Shown piece after piece: positions 53,580 to 63,400 of a DNA stretch of 64,000 nucleotides. Source of the DNA: Pelagomonas calceolata (taxonomy: Eukaryota); contig CAKKNE010000005.1 in assembly GCA_918797485.1 (NCBI GenBank), forward strand, positions 2,418,001 to 2,482,000, read 5' to 3'. Numbering within the stretch: the first letter of the stretch is position 1; every line of letters starts with the position of its first letter. A model generated the notes under the pieces. That model did not search any database, had not been told where the DNA came from, and saw only the letters and a program-made list of their open reading frames with translations. The position numbers were made by a program, and so were the translations under genes.

Positions 53580-54455
53580 ATGGCCAAGCTCGTGCTCGCG
53601 CTCGCGCTCGCGCCGGCCGCGGCGTTCGCCCCGACGGCCGCGCCCCGAACCACCACGCAGCTCCACGCGCGCCAGCCGATCATAGCGGGCAACTGGAAGC
53701 TGAACCCGTCGTCGATCCAGGAGGCCGACGGCCTCGCGAAGGGCGTCGCTTCCTTGTTAGGAGACGAGACGTGCGCGTCGTCGTCGGCCGCGGACTGCAC
53801 GGAGGTCGTCGTGTTCCCCCCGTTCCCCTTCATCTCGTCTGTGGTGGACGACCTCGCGGGTGTGGGGGTCGGCGTCGGCGCCCAGTCTATATTTCACACG
53901 GCGGAATCCGGCGCGTACACGGGCGCCGTGAGCGCGTCGATGGTGACGAGCTTAGGCTGCCAGTACGTGCTCTGCGGCCACTCGGAACGGCGCACGGTCT
54001 TCAAGGACGACGACGAGGCCATCAACAAGAAGGTCCTGAAGGTCATCGAGGACGGCATGCGGCCCGTGTTGTGTATCGGCGAGACGGAGGAGGAGTACGA
54101 CGCGGGCCTGTGTGCCGACGTCTGCAAGCTGCAGCTCGCCAAGGACCTCGCGGGCGTGTCGGCGGCGGCCATGAAGGACGTCGTGATCGCGTACGAGCCC
54201 GTCTGGGCCATCGGCACGGGCAAGGTCTGCCCCTGCGACGTGGCGCAGACGGTCCACAAGACGATCCGCGACTACTTAGCCGAGTTGTATGATCGGTCGA
54301 CGGCGGACGCCGTGCGCATCCAGTACGGCGGCTCCGTGACGCCCGAGTCCGTCGACGAGCTCATGGCGCAGCCGGACATCGACGGCTGCTTGGTTGGAGG
54401 CGCTTCCTTAGTCGCGGAAAAGTTTGCCAGAATCTGCAACTTCGTCCGCAAGTGA
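53580..54455 (+). CDS. TPI: Plastid-targeted triosephosphate isomerase
   Basis: AAA|FAP bipartite presequence; IIAGNWKLN, GHSERR, AYEPVWAIGTG, YGGSV, GCLVGGASL. Confidence 0.96.
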   Translation: MAKLVLALALAPAAAFAPTAAPRTTTQLHARQPIIAGNWKLNPSSIQEADGLAKGVASLLGDETCASSSAADCTEVVVFPPFPFISSVVDDLAGVGVGVGAQSIFHTAESGAYTGAVSASMVTSLGCQYVLCGHSERRTVFKDDDEAINKKVLKVIEDGMRPVLCIGETEEEYDAGLCADVCKLQLAKDLAGVSAAAMKDVVIAYEPVWAIGTGKVCPCDVAQTVHKTIRDYLAELYDRSTADAVRIQYGGSVTPESVDELMAQPDIDGCLVGGASLVAEKFARICNFVRK

Positions 54456-54480
54456 GCGCGTAAGGTTTAGACACAATTGA

Positions 54481-54815
54481 TTAGTTACCCTCTTCCTCCT
54501 CCTCGTCCGCGGCGCCGCCCATGAGCTTGCGCATGGCCTCAATACCCTCATCTTTCTTCTCGACCTTGACCTATGTGGTGGAAGCGACCGCGTCCCCGTG
54601 CGCCGCCGCCGCGACCGCAAAAAGAAGGGACGGCCGGGACGCCGGCGCCGCGCCTCCTTCTCGCAGGGCTCGCAGATGCGTATGGAACAACCATGGGCGT
54701 CGCGGGAGACAATAACTTTATGACTCACGAGGATCAGCTGCTGGTGGCAGTAGAAGCAGGTCGTGTGGTCCGCGGCAGAAGTGTCCCGGTTCGTCTGGCC
54801 GGGGGGCGGCGCCAT
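54481..54815 (-). CDS. Small CxxC-CxxC zinc-binding protein, 83 aa (exons 54815-54654, 54570-54481)
   Basis: CFYC...CEPCEKE|VKVEKKDEGIEAMRKLMGGAADEEEEGN* after removing the GC-AG intron 54571..54653. Confidence 0.55.
54571..54653 (-). other. Spliceosomal intron, 83 nt GC-AG
   Basis: 5' end GCGCGGCGCCGGCGTCCCG is nearly identical to the 5' end of intron 23251..23370. Confidence 0.6.
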
Positions 54816-55448
54816 CGCCCGCAGCGATGGCGTAGCGGGCTGCCCCCTTTGTTATGAGTGTGTGAGCGACTTCTCGCGGCGGACGCGGGCTTCCGTGGGC
54901 TGCAGGAGGCGCGTGACGACACAGCGGCCGCGCTGTGGTTCTAGTGTCTTACACGCTGTGAAGGAAGTTGGAAAGTTACGCCTTCGACGACGGACGGCAG
55001 CCCTGGGCGAGCGCTGGACCCAATAAATCCTCGGTCAGTCGGCGCGAGGCGGGCGTGCTCATCGCGATTCGCGGGCGGGCGCCCGGGGGTAAGTGATCGT
55101 GTTGCTGCGCTTAAGTGCAGTATCACCTTATGAAGTAGCACCGGACCGGTCCTTCGGATGCGTGCTCGAAACCGCGAGGCGAGGGCCAGCTTGCGGGAGT
55201 CTGCCGGATTTTTGGGCTCTGATTTTTTGGCTCGCAGACGCTACACCAATTGCGCTCGTGCATTTCAGCACTCGTTTAGAAACGAAATTACGTAAACAGC
55301 TATTAACGTTAGTGAACGAGTCGTTATTCCTGCCTTTTTTGCCAATGAGCACTCAGCACTGCCTTCGAAATCGCCCGCCTGCACAAATTGCGCGCCGCCG
55401 CCCGTCGCGCTTATCATTCAGTCCCCTCACGCGCGCAGATCAACAACC

Positions 55449-56468
55449 ATGTACAAGCTCATCGTCGTTGGGTTACTCGCGGCCTCCGCCGCGACCGCGT
55501 CGGCCGCGTCGCCGCCGTCGCGTGATGTAAAGAATCACGATCGCGCCGCCGCCAATTTGGTGGCCAAGTCCGACGACAAGGAGCTAGAAGAGCTCAGAGT
55601 CTCGCTACCCAACCTCCGCGGCACCGTCTCGGCGACGCGGGTGCTCTCGGACCTCACGGAGGCCGAGAACCGCCGCGGCCTCCAGGGTAAGGGCAACAAG
55701 GATGAAGATGAGGACTCGGAAGAAGACGAGCAGGAGTCCGACGAGCAGGAGGAGGACTCGGAGGAAGGCGACGAGGAAGAGGACCAGGACGCCAGCGACG
55801 AGGAAGAGGACTCCTCCGAGGGTGGCGACGAGGAAGAGGACAACTCCGAGGGCGCCGACGAGGAAGAGGACAACTCCGAGGGCGCCGACGAGGAAGAGGA
55901 CAATTCCGAGGGTGGCGACGAAGAAGAGGACAACTCCGAGGGCGCCGACGAGGAAGAGGACAATTCCGAGGGTGGCGACGAGGAAGAGGACAATTCCGAG
56001 GGTGGCGACGAGGAAGAGGACAATTCCGAGGGTGGCGACGAGGAGGAGGACAATGCCGAGGGTGGCGACGAGGAGGAGGACTCGGAGGAGGACTCCGGAG
56101 AGGACGCCGACGAGGAAGAGTCCAGGGGCTGCGCGGGCATCGGCGAGGCGTGCAAGGTCGAAGGCGACTGCTGCGACGCGCCGCCCAACGGATGCTTCAC
56201 GAAGAAGAACAACAACGGGCGCGGGACGTGCGAGGCCTCATGCCCCGCCGACAAGGCCTACAAGTGCTACAAGAAGCCGGACGAGGTCGCCGATCGGGAC
56301 GGCGGCGACGGCGCGTGCAAGGACGACGGCGGCTGGGAGAAGCACCCGGCGAAGAAGGGCAAGACCCTCGACTGCGACTGGGTCGCGAAGTCCCCGAAGA
56401 AGCGCTGCAAGAAGAAGAACAAGGGCGGCACGAAGGCGTCGAAGGCGTGCGCGTGCGCCTGCGCGTGA
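55449..56468 (+). CDS. Secreted acidic-repeat protein with Cys/Lys-rich C-terminal modules
   Basis: Signal peptide, NLRG/RVL/RRGL pro-region motifs, D/E/S-rich repeats, C-terminal CKDD..W...CDWV...RC...ACACAC. Confidence 0.85.
   Translation: MYKLIVVGLLAASAATASAASPPSRDVKNHDRAAANLVAKSDDKELEELRVSLPNLRGTVSATRVLSDLTEAENRRGLQGKGNKDEDEDSEEDEQESDEQEEDSEEGDEEEDQDASDEEEDSSEGGDEEEDNSEGADEEEDNSEGADEEEDNSEGGDEEEDNSEGADEEEDNSEGGDEEEDNSEGGDEEEDNSEGGDEEEDNAEGGDEEEDSEEDSGEDADEEESRGCAGIGEACKVEGDCCDAPPNGCFTKKNNNGRGTCEASCPADKAYKCYKKPDEVADRDGGDGACKDDGGWEKHPAKKGKTLDCDWVAKSPKKRCKKKNKGGTKASKACACACA
55797..56081 (+). repeat. Coding 30-bp tandem repeat, about 9.5 copies (DEEEDNSEG[GA])
   Basis: GACGAGGAAGAGGACAAYTCCGAGGGYGSC units at a 30-bp period. 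Confidence 0.95.
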
Positions 56469-56582
56469 GCCCGCGGCCCGTCCTACTCCTCCCCCCCAAT
56501 TAGGAACCCTACCACGTCAGGAACCATCTCCCACGCTCCACCCCCCACCACGCTCCCTCCCACTATAAAACAACCACAACAA

Positions 56583-58358
56583 TTAAAACTCGGCAGCAGA
56601 AGAAGACGAGGCCAACAACCAGGCCTCCACGCCGTCGTCCCAGGGCCTCCACCGCGGCCGCTCGAGGACGTCGTCGCGCGCGCGCACGGCGGCGACGGGC
56701 ACGACCGCGCGCAGCGAGCCCGGCACGCCGTCGACGAGCGCGCCGCGCCGCGCCAGCGCGTCCGCCCGGAGGAACGCGAGGACTAGCGGCGCGCGCGGCG
56801 ACGCGAGGTCGCCACGCGTCCGCGGCGCGAGCGCGCGCGCGGGCGCCGCGCCCGACTCCAAGAGCGCGTCGAGCGCCCGGCACGAGGCCGCCACGACGCC
56901 GTCGCGGTGCGCCGCCCGCAAAATAGCAGCAGCGGCGCGCCGGAAGTCGCGCCGCGCGACGGCTTCTAGAGATGCGTCGTAGCGCAGGGTCGTGGCGTGC
57001 TTCGAGACAAAACATAAAGCGGCCGCCTCGTCCCAGCGCCAGCCGTCGTCACCGTCCTCGTCAAAAGCGACGGGGAACGCGAGCTCAAAACAACCGCCCG
57101 CCTCCTCGAACGCGGCCCAGTCGCACGCCTCATCCAAAGCGCCGAGCGGCTCGTCGCCGTCCGACGACTCCGTGTCGTCTTCGTAAAGAAGCCGCGCGCC
57201 GCCCAGCGCCTTGGCTCCGACGCACCGCGCCTGCAGCACGGCCGTCGCGACGGCGCCGCTCTGACACCCGGGGAGCCGCAGCCACGCCTCGAGGCGCGCC
57301 ACGAGACTTTGCGTGAGCGCGCCCGCCCGTAGGGCGCAGCAGACCAGCGCGTTAATCGAACGCGCGTCGTCCGACCCGCGTTCGATCAATAAATCCAACG
57401 CCGCCTCGACGTCGTCGCCCCGCGACTCGAGGATCAGCTCCTGGACGTGGCCCGCGCAGTCGCCCGGGGCCGCGCCCGTCCGCGCCGCTTGCGGCGCCGG
57501 CCGGCGTTCCAGGCGACGCTGCGCCTCCAGCGCCCGCGCCGCCTCGACGGTGACCGGCGTTTCGTCCCTCGCGACGAACGGCCGCTGTCTCACCAAGATC
57601 CGGTGCGACGGCAGCAGGCACATGCGCGCCGTCTCAAGGGAGGCGCCCTCACACACGACCGCCGCGTTTTTAGACAGAGCGGCCTCATCATCAAAAGGCG
57701 GCGGCACCTCCGGCGGCGCCGCGTCGGCCTCGTCTTCCGAAAAACCTCCGGCGGAGCCGACGCTCGACGTGCGGCGCCGCGGCGATTCAACCCGCGGCGC
57801 CGCGCGCGGCGGCGGGCGCTCGAGCCTCACCGGCGCACCCGGCGGTCGCCGCGCGCGCCGCTCGCGGCGCAGCTCCCGCGGCGTCTTGGGCTCCGTCGGC
57901 GTCGCCGCGTGCCGCGCGTCCGCCGCCACGGCGTCCGCGGCGGCCGCCTCCGCGGCGAAGTCCTCGGGCTCGTCGTCCTCCTCCTCCTCCACAGTAACGT
58001 CGTCGTCGTCGCCGCCCTCGTCCGAGAAGCCGTCCAGGTGGTCGAGGCGCTCGTCCTCCGCGGCCGCGGCGTCGGCCGCGGCCGCCTTCGCCGCCGCGAG
58101 CGGGTCGACGAAGGCCGTGGGCGGCGGCCGTCTTATCCGTTGTGGGTGACTTTGCGGCGCGGCGAGCGCGTCGATGCTCGCGTCCCGCGCGGCGAGGGCC
58201 ACGGCTTCCCTTATTAATTCGTCGGCCGCTTCTTCTGCGGGGTCCGGCGGCGGCGGCGGTGCGAAGCCCCAGGCGTCTACTACCAGGATTTGCTCCTTGG
58301 GTGGTGGGCGCTCGTAGCGCACGGCGGTGCTGGCCGCTGGCATGTGCGCTGCTGGCAT
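56583..58358 (-). CDS. Hypothetical alpha-helical protein
   Basis: 591-aa ATG ORF with an acidic/disordered N-terminal half and a helical C-terminal half. Confidence 0.65.
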   Translation of the reverse strand: MPAAHMPAASTAVRYERPPPKEQILVVDAWGFAPPPPPDPAEEAADELIREAVALAARDASIDALAAPQSHPQRIRRPPPTAFVDPLAAAKAAAADAAAAEDERLDHLDGFSDEGGDDDDVTVEEEEDDEPEDFAAEAAAADAVAADARHAATPTEPKTPRELRRERRARRPPGAPVRLERPPPRAAPRVESPRRRTSSVGSAGGFSEDEADAAPPEVPPPFDDEAALSKNAAVVCEGASLETARMCLLPSHRILVRQRPFVARDETPVTVEAARALEAQRRLERRPAPQAARTGAAPGDCAGHVQELILESRGDDVEAALDLLIERGSDDARSINALVCCALRAGALTQSLVARLEAWLRLPGCQSGAVATAVLQARCVGAKALGGARLLYEDDTESSDGDEPLGALDEACDWAAFEEAGGCFELAFPVAFDEDGDDGWRWDEAAALCFVSKHATTLRYDASLEAVARRDFRRAAAAILRAAHRDGVVAASCRALDALLESGAAPARALAPRTRGDLASPRAPLVLAFLRADALARRGALVDGVPGSLRAVVPVAAVRARDDVLERPRWRPWDDGVEAWLLASSSSAAEF

Positions 58359-58482
58359 GATGAGAGCTCAGTCTGGTCGAGGCATGATTAACATGGCTGC
58401 GAGGTACGAATTACGATAACTTCCAGGCGCAGGGCCCGATCTCAGCCGTGGTCAGCGCAAAAAAGTTGCCTCATGGGCGCTT

Positions 58483-58506
58483 GCTAGTGTCTTACGTGAC
58501 GCTAGG
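58483..58506. promoter_or_regulatory. Paired-CTAG dyad element
   Basis: GCTAGTGTCTTACGTGACGCTAGG between divergent genes. Confidence 0.6.
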
Positions 58507-58677
58507 ATTATCGGCTGATCAGACCACTGCGTCAGCGACCAAAACTGCCACATTCGTGCACGAGAACCGTGCCCGGTGCTCAGGCAGTGCACAACGCATC
58601 AGTGTTCTCTAACGAGTCTCTCTCCGTGCTTCAAACGGGACTTCTGACACCGCTCGTGCAGTCAAAACACCAGCAGT

Positions 58678-59253
58678 ATGAAAACCATCGTCGTCCTAGC
58701 CGCCACCGCATCCGTCAGCAGCGCCTTGGGCCCGCTGGCCCCCTCCGTGTCTGCCCGCGACATGATGCCAAAAAAACTGGGCGCTCGCTGGTACACGGGC
58801 TACCAGACGGCGTACCCGAACGGCGCGAAAGACATGCCAGACGCGCCACCCGAGAGCACGAGCGCTACGCTCGGGGACCACGAACCCGCGCTTTTCAATT
58901 TCTGGAAGCAGATTCACGAGCAATCTGATGTGTACGAGGTCGCGCTCGCGCGGCCCCTGGGAATCGTCTTCGAGGAGATTGCGCCGCTTGGCGCGGCGCC
59001 CGCGGGCGTCAAGGTCATCGAGGTGTCGGAGGGCTCCAACGCGGAGAAGGCGGGCTGCGTCGCCGTCGGCGACGTCCTCGTGGGCGTCACCGGCGTCCGC
59101 TACCCGGGCAGCGCGTACCTCGGCGCGGCGAAGCCGGAACGCGACATCTTCCCGGCACACGAGATGAATTTTGACCAGGTCGTGGAGGCGATCGGGTCGA
59201 ACGAGCCGCCGGAGTGCGACGACGTCATCCTGCGGCTCCGGCGGGCGGCCTAG
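58678..59253 (+). CDS. PDZ-like domain protein, probably plastid-targeted
   Basis: Signal peptide; YEVALARPLGIVFEE...GVKVIEVSEGSNAEKAG.VAVGDVLVGV...FDQVVEAI. Confidence 0.8.
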   Translation: MKTIVVLAATASVSSALGPLAPSVSARDMMPKKLGARWYTGYQTAYPNGAKDMPDAPPESTSATLGDHEPALFNFWKQIHEQSDVYEVALARPLGIVFEEIAPLGAAPAGVKVIEVSEGSNAEKAGCVAVGDVLVGVTGVRYPGSAYLGAAKPERDIFPAHEMNFDQVVEAIGSNEPPECDDVILRLRRAA

Positions 59254-59296
59254 AGCGCGTGTGCGCCTGTAATGGCGAAAAAAAGGTTTTTTTGCC

Positions 59297-60211
59297 TCAA
59301 CTAGCACTAAGGCACAGCAGGACCGGCGATGGTGGTGACATTAACCACGAGGCGCCCTCCTCGCGACCACCCTCCAGAATCACGCCTGCCCGTCCGTCCG
59401 TGGGGAGGTCACCAAAGAGGCGCGCGAGGAGCTGTCCCGGGCGGCGCCGACGAGTGCGAGCCAGTGTCGACGGCGGCACCGCGCGATCCCGGGCGCAGAG
59501 TTCCCGGAGCACGTCCAGCTGGAGCCGCGGCGCGTGCCGATAGCCTGCCCATGTGCCGCCCGCCGCGCGAACGTCGGCCAGGAGCGCCATGCTAGTGGCG
59601 AAGCGCAAGCGCTTGTTGCGCAACCATAAATCCCAGTTTTCATGTCCTTGACTGGTTGATGCCATCTGCGAAACCCGGTCGTCATGCGCCCGCCGCGCGA
59701 TCGATTCCAGGTCTTCACCATTGCGGCGAAGGTCGAGGCGGGCTCCGTGACTCAATAATATCCGAACACAATGGTCCATTGTTCCAACAACGGGCGTGAC
59801 CGTGACGGCGAGCATCAGTGGAGTGGACCCGACCGGAGTATGGTAGCCGAAATGTGGTAAACCTGCTGTCACGGATGACCGCGCATCGACAGAAGCTCCC
59901 GCCTCCAGGAGTGCGGTGACGACATTAACCTTCGCCGCATAGTTCGTAATTGCGATGTGGAGGGGCGTGAGGCCCTCCCAGCGGATGTCGACGTTTCGCG
60001 GTCCCGCGGCGAGGACCGCGCGGACCATGTGGTATACCTCGTGAGATCCGCTATGAGTACCCACTGCGATGTGGAGTAGGGGCTTCCCGTTCTCGTCGAC
60101 GTCGTCGGGATCGCCGCCAGAGGCTAGGTAATCTGCTAGTGGTCCGCGTAACCAGCTGGGATTGCTGTGCGCGGCGTGTGCCCAAGCGGCAACGAGCGGC
60201 GGCAACACCAT
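59297..60211 (-). CDS. Ankyrin-repeat protein
   Basis: GKPLLHIAV, GLTPLHIAI...LLEAGASVDAR, GSTPLMLAV...LLSHGA. Confidence 0.85.
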   Translation of the reverse strand: MVLPPLVAAWAHAAHSNPSWLRGPLADYLASGGDPDDVDENGKPLLHIAVGTHSGSHEVYHMVRAVLAAGPRNVDIRWEGLTPLHIAITNYAAKVNVVTALLEAGASVDARSSVTAGLPHFGYHTPVGSTPLMLAVTVTPVVGTMDHCVRILLSHGARLDLRRNGEDLESIARRAHDDRVSQMASTSQGHENWDLWLRNKRLRFATSMALLADVRAAGGTWAGYRHAPRLQLDVLRELCARDRAVPPSTLARTRRRRPGQLLARLFGDLPTDGRAGVILEGGREEGASWLMSPPSPVLLCLSAS

Positions 60212-60483
60212 CGTGAGTGGATCGTAGTCTCGTGCCTATCCGAGGGCCGCAAAAAACCACTGGCAAAACCCCTCTTGCTTTGTATGAGTTCCGGTGCGCT
60301 ACCGGGCCCAGACCTCCTGCGCGCGATTCCTGGCGTGCTGTGTAGGGGGGGCTGAGGGGCTATGAGAGCGCTAGAGCGCAAATTGAGGGGGCAAAACCCG
60401 TTTTTTTGGCCCGGACGAAGTAAATCAACACGACCACGTCTTACTCTTGGCTTCAGACGGAGAGGGGGAGGGGGAGACGTCCT

Positions 60484-63400
60484 TCAGAACGCGGTGGCGA
60501 CCGGCAGAGTTCCCGCCGCCGACGCCGGCGCCGCGTGCGCGTAGGCGACAGGCATGTTGCGCGGGAGCGGCGGCGCGGCCGCGTCCGGCGCGATGGACGT
60601 GAACGCCGGGTTGAGGTCCAGCGCGAGCTCCGGCGGGTCGCGGTCGCGGCCTAACGCGAGCAGGCCCATGGACCCGATGCGCCAGAGGCCTCCCGGTTTG
60701 CGGCTCTGCATGCCAACATTGTCGAACAGGAGCCGCGGCTTGGCCGTCGCGGGCACTACCCACGCTTGAGGCAGGCAACGGACCGAATCTAGAGCGGGTG
60801 GCTCTGGAGTCGTAGAGACGCCGAGGCCGATAGCTGTGAAACCCTCGGGCGCGACCGGAGTCCACACGTATAAAGAAGTACGACCCGTCGTGATCTCCCA
60901 AAGCCGACGGAACGCGACGGCCGTCGGGAGCCAGCGGTCCCGGACAGCAGTGACATCCACTCTCTTGAAGCGGCGCGCCGAGATCGTCAATAGTTTCGCG
61001 TTGGTCGGGTTCTTGCGCGAGCCGTGACCAAACACCCCGAGAGGCACGCTCAGCGTCGCCGTCCCCAACATGCCCCGCTTCCAGTGCGGGTCGGCCAGAT
61101 CCGCGGTCCAGATGCTCGCTTCGGACCGCGAGCCGCGCGCGTTCGCGAGGCAGCCGCGGGCGTCCCACAACGCGACCGCTTTCGTCGTAATACTATCAAT
61201 GGAGAACGAGCAACACTTGAGCACGTCCTGAGCGGACACCGCGGCGGCTGGCGGCGCCGTCGGTGCCGGATCCTTCGCGTCGAAGGCCTTGACGAACTCG
61301 TCCCTACTGATCATGCCGTCCTCGTCGGCGTCCATGAACACGGCCACCGCCAGACAGGTCGCGGGCCTGGCGCGAGATAGAAGCCAGCGAAGCCCGACGG
61401 CCAACTCCCCTCGAGTTAAAATGCCGTCGCCGTCGGCGTCGAACGCTTCGAAACAGTCGGCGGGAGACATCGACCGGCGGTCGAGCTCCGCGGCGCAACG
61501 AACCAGGGTAGCGCGCGCGTCGTCGCCGCGATCGCCCGCTTCCGTGGACGTCGCCTTGCCGAACAATGGAGCGAGTGGCGTGGAGACCCAGGCGCGTCTC
61601 GACCGGCGCTTGCACCCGCGGAGCGCCTCCCACCAATCACAGCGCGTGGCGACGGCGGCCTTCTCCTCATTGCCGAGACATCTCCGCAGCTGCTCCACCG
61701 CGCCATGGGACGGGTCGAGGTCAACGTCGCAAAAAGATAGGACGCGCGCGGTGCGCCGGTCCAACTGGCCGTCGACCGTGGTAATAGTAGTCGTCGTGCC
61801 CAGAATGCTCGCTTCCACGGAGGAATCTCCGTCGAAGGCGGCGTTCGTGGCCGAAAGTCCCCGCAGGCGTAAAGCCGCGCCGCCGCCCGAGTGGCACAGC
61901 GCCCGCAGCGCCTCGGCCTCGGCCAATGAGACGACAACGAAACGGCGGCTCTCCGCAGAAGAGCAGGCCACAGCCCGCTCGGCGCGCTGGCGCAGCGTCG
62001 TCTTGTCACCGCCCGCGAGCACGGAGGCGTCGACGTCTAAGATACGTGCCAGGTCCTTCTCGTCCCCGTCAGCCTCGACTAAAGCTCTGTCTACTGAGGC
62101 CTTGTCGGCCGGCGACGGCGCGCAGACGCCAGCCGCAGCACCACCATCACATTCCAAGACCACCACAATGTTCTTGATGCGGCGGCGTGTTGTCGTGGGA
62201 GGCAGGTAATTCGCGGTAAGATACAAGTCCTTTGGTAGGCCGCCGGGCGCGTCGACGACGCCCTTCTTGCGGGTCGCGGCGACGGGGCGGACTTCCGTCC
62301 AGGGTCGAAAAACGCCGCCTTTCCAGGCCGGAGCGTCGAGGAGCGAGACCTCCCAGGGCGTCTCCCCCTCATGATCGCGGTCGTAATCTCCAGGTAGCGG
62401 TTCCTCGACCTCCTGTTCCTGCTCTTGCTCCTGCTCTTGCTCCTGCTCCTGCTCTTGTTCCTGCTCTTGTTCTTGCTCCGCTTCTTCCTCTTTCTCGTCT
62501 TCGAGCGCGGCCGCAGCGTCGTCGGCGCCGCCGCCGCCGTCGGCCTCGGCTCGGGCGATGGATAAAGCCACGACTTGGGCGGACCGCTCGTCCTGGAGCC
62601 AGCGCGGGCGCCGCGACTCGACCAGCCTCTTTAATTCGTCAAGCTGGTCCGGCGGACCCTCCAACGAATTCGGCACCGACGTGTCGACCGCCTCGGAGAA
62701 GATCTCGACGCAGGCCGGGTCCGGCGGCGAGCCGGCCTCGGCCAGAAGTTTCGCAAAGGCCTGCTTGCGCCACACCGAGTTGCACGTCTGTATGGTGAGC
62801 AGTCGGCCCTGGGCGATCTCCGTACTGAATCCTTGGGCGTAGAGATAAGCGGCGATGTCGCCCAACGCTAGTTCGCTGCCCGCCGTCTTGATCTGGGCGC
62901 GGACCTCCGGAATCAACGCGTAGCGGAGCGTTTGTCCGCGACCGACGCCTCTCATTCGATATGCCGCCTGGGCGAGGTCCCGAAATGACATATCCTTCGA
63001 GACGGACACTATAGCGACGCACACGGACGTCTGTTTGATGTCCATCCCCGTGCAGTGGGCCTGGTCATAGAAAGTAAAGCGCCGGGCCATGTCGACGCCA
63101 GCCGATGCCAACGGTAAGGGGCGGTCCACGCCTCGCTTCAGGACCATCTTCTTGCCCGCGCCGTCGAGGTAGACGACGGCCTGGTACGTCTCGGGCAGCA
63201 GCTTGAGGAGCTCCGTCGCGACCCCCAGGTTATTTAGACCCGTGATCAGCGCGCCGGCGTCGATCAATGCATGTGCACCAGATTTGGCCACCTGCTCGAG
63301 AAACGAATTGGGAGACCAGTTGTCGTCGAGCGGCCACACCTCGGCCACCGTCGGATCGGTCAGCGTCTCCAAAATTCGCGCGTCGTCACCCGCGGCGAAC

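Noticed and set aside
55797..56081. 30-bp repeat array as a possible CRISPR
   Set aside because: Head-to-tail units without unique spacers, in frame within a CDS, no cas genes, eukaryotic context.
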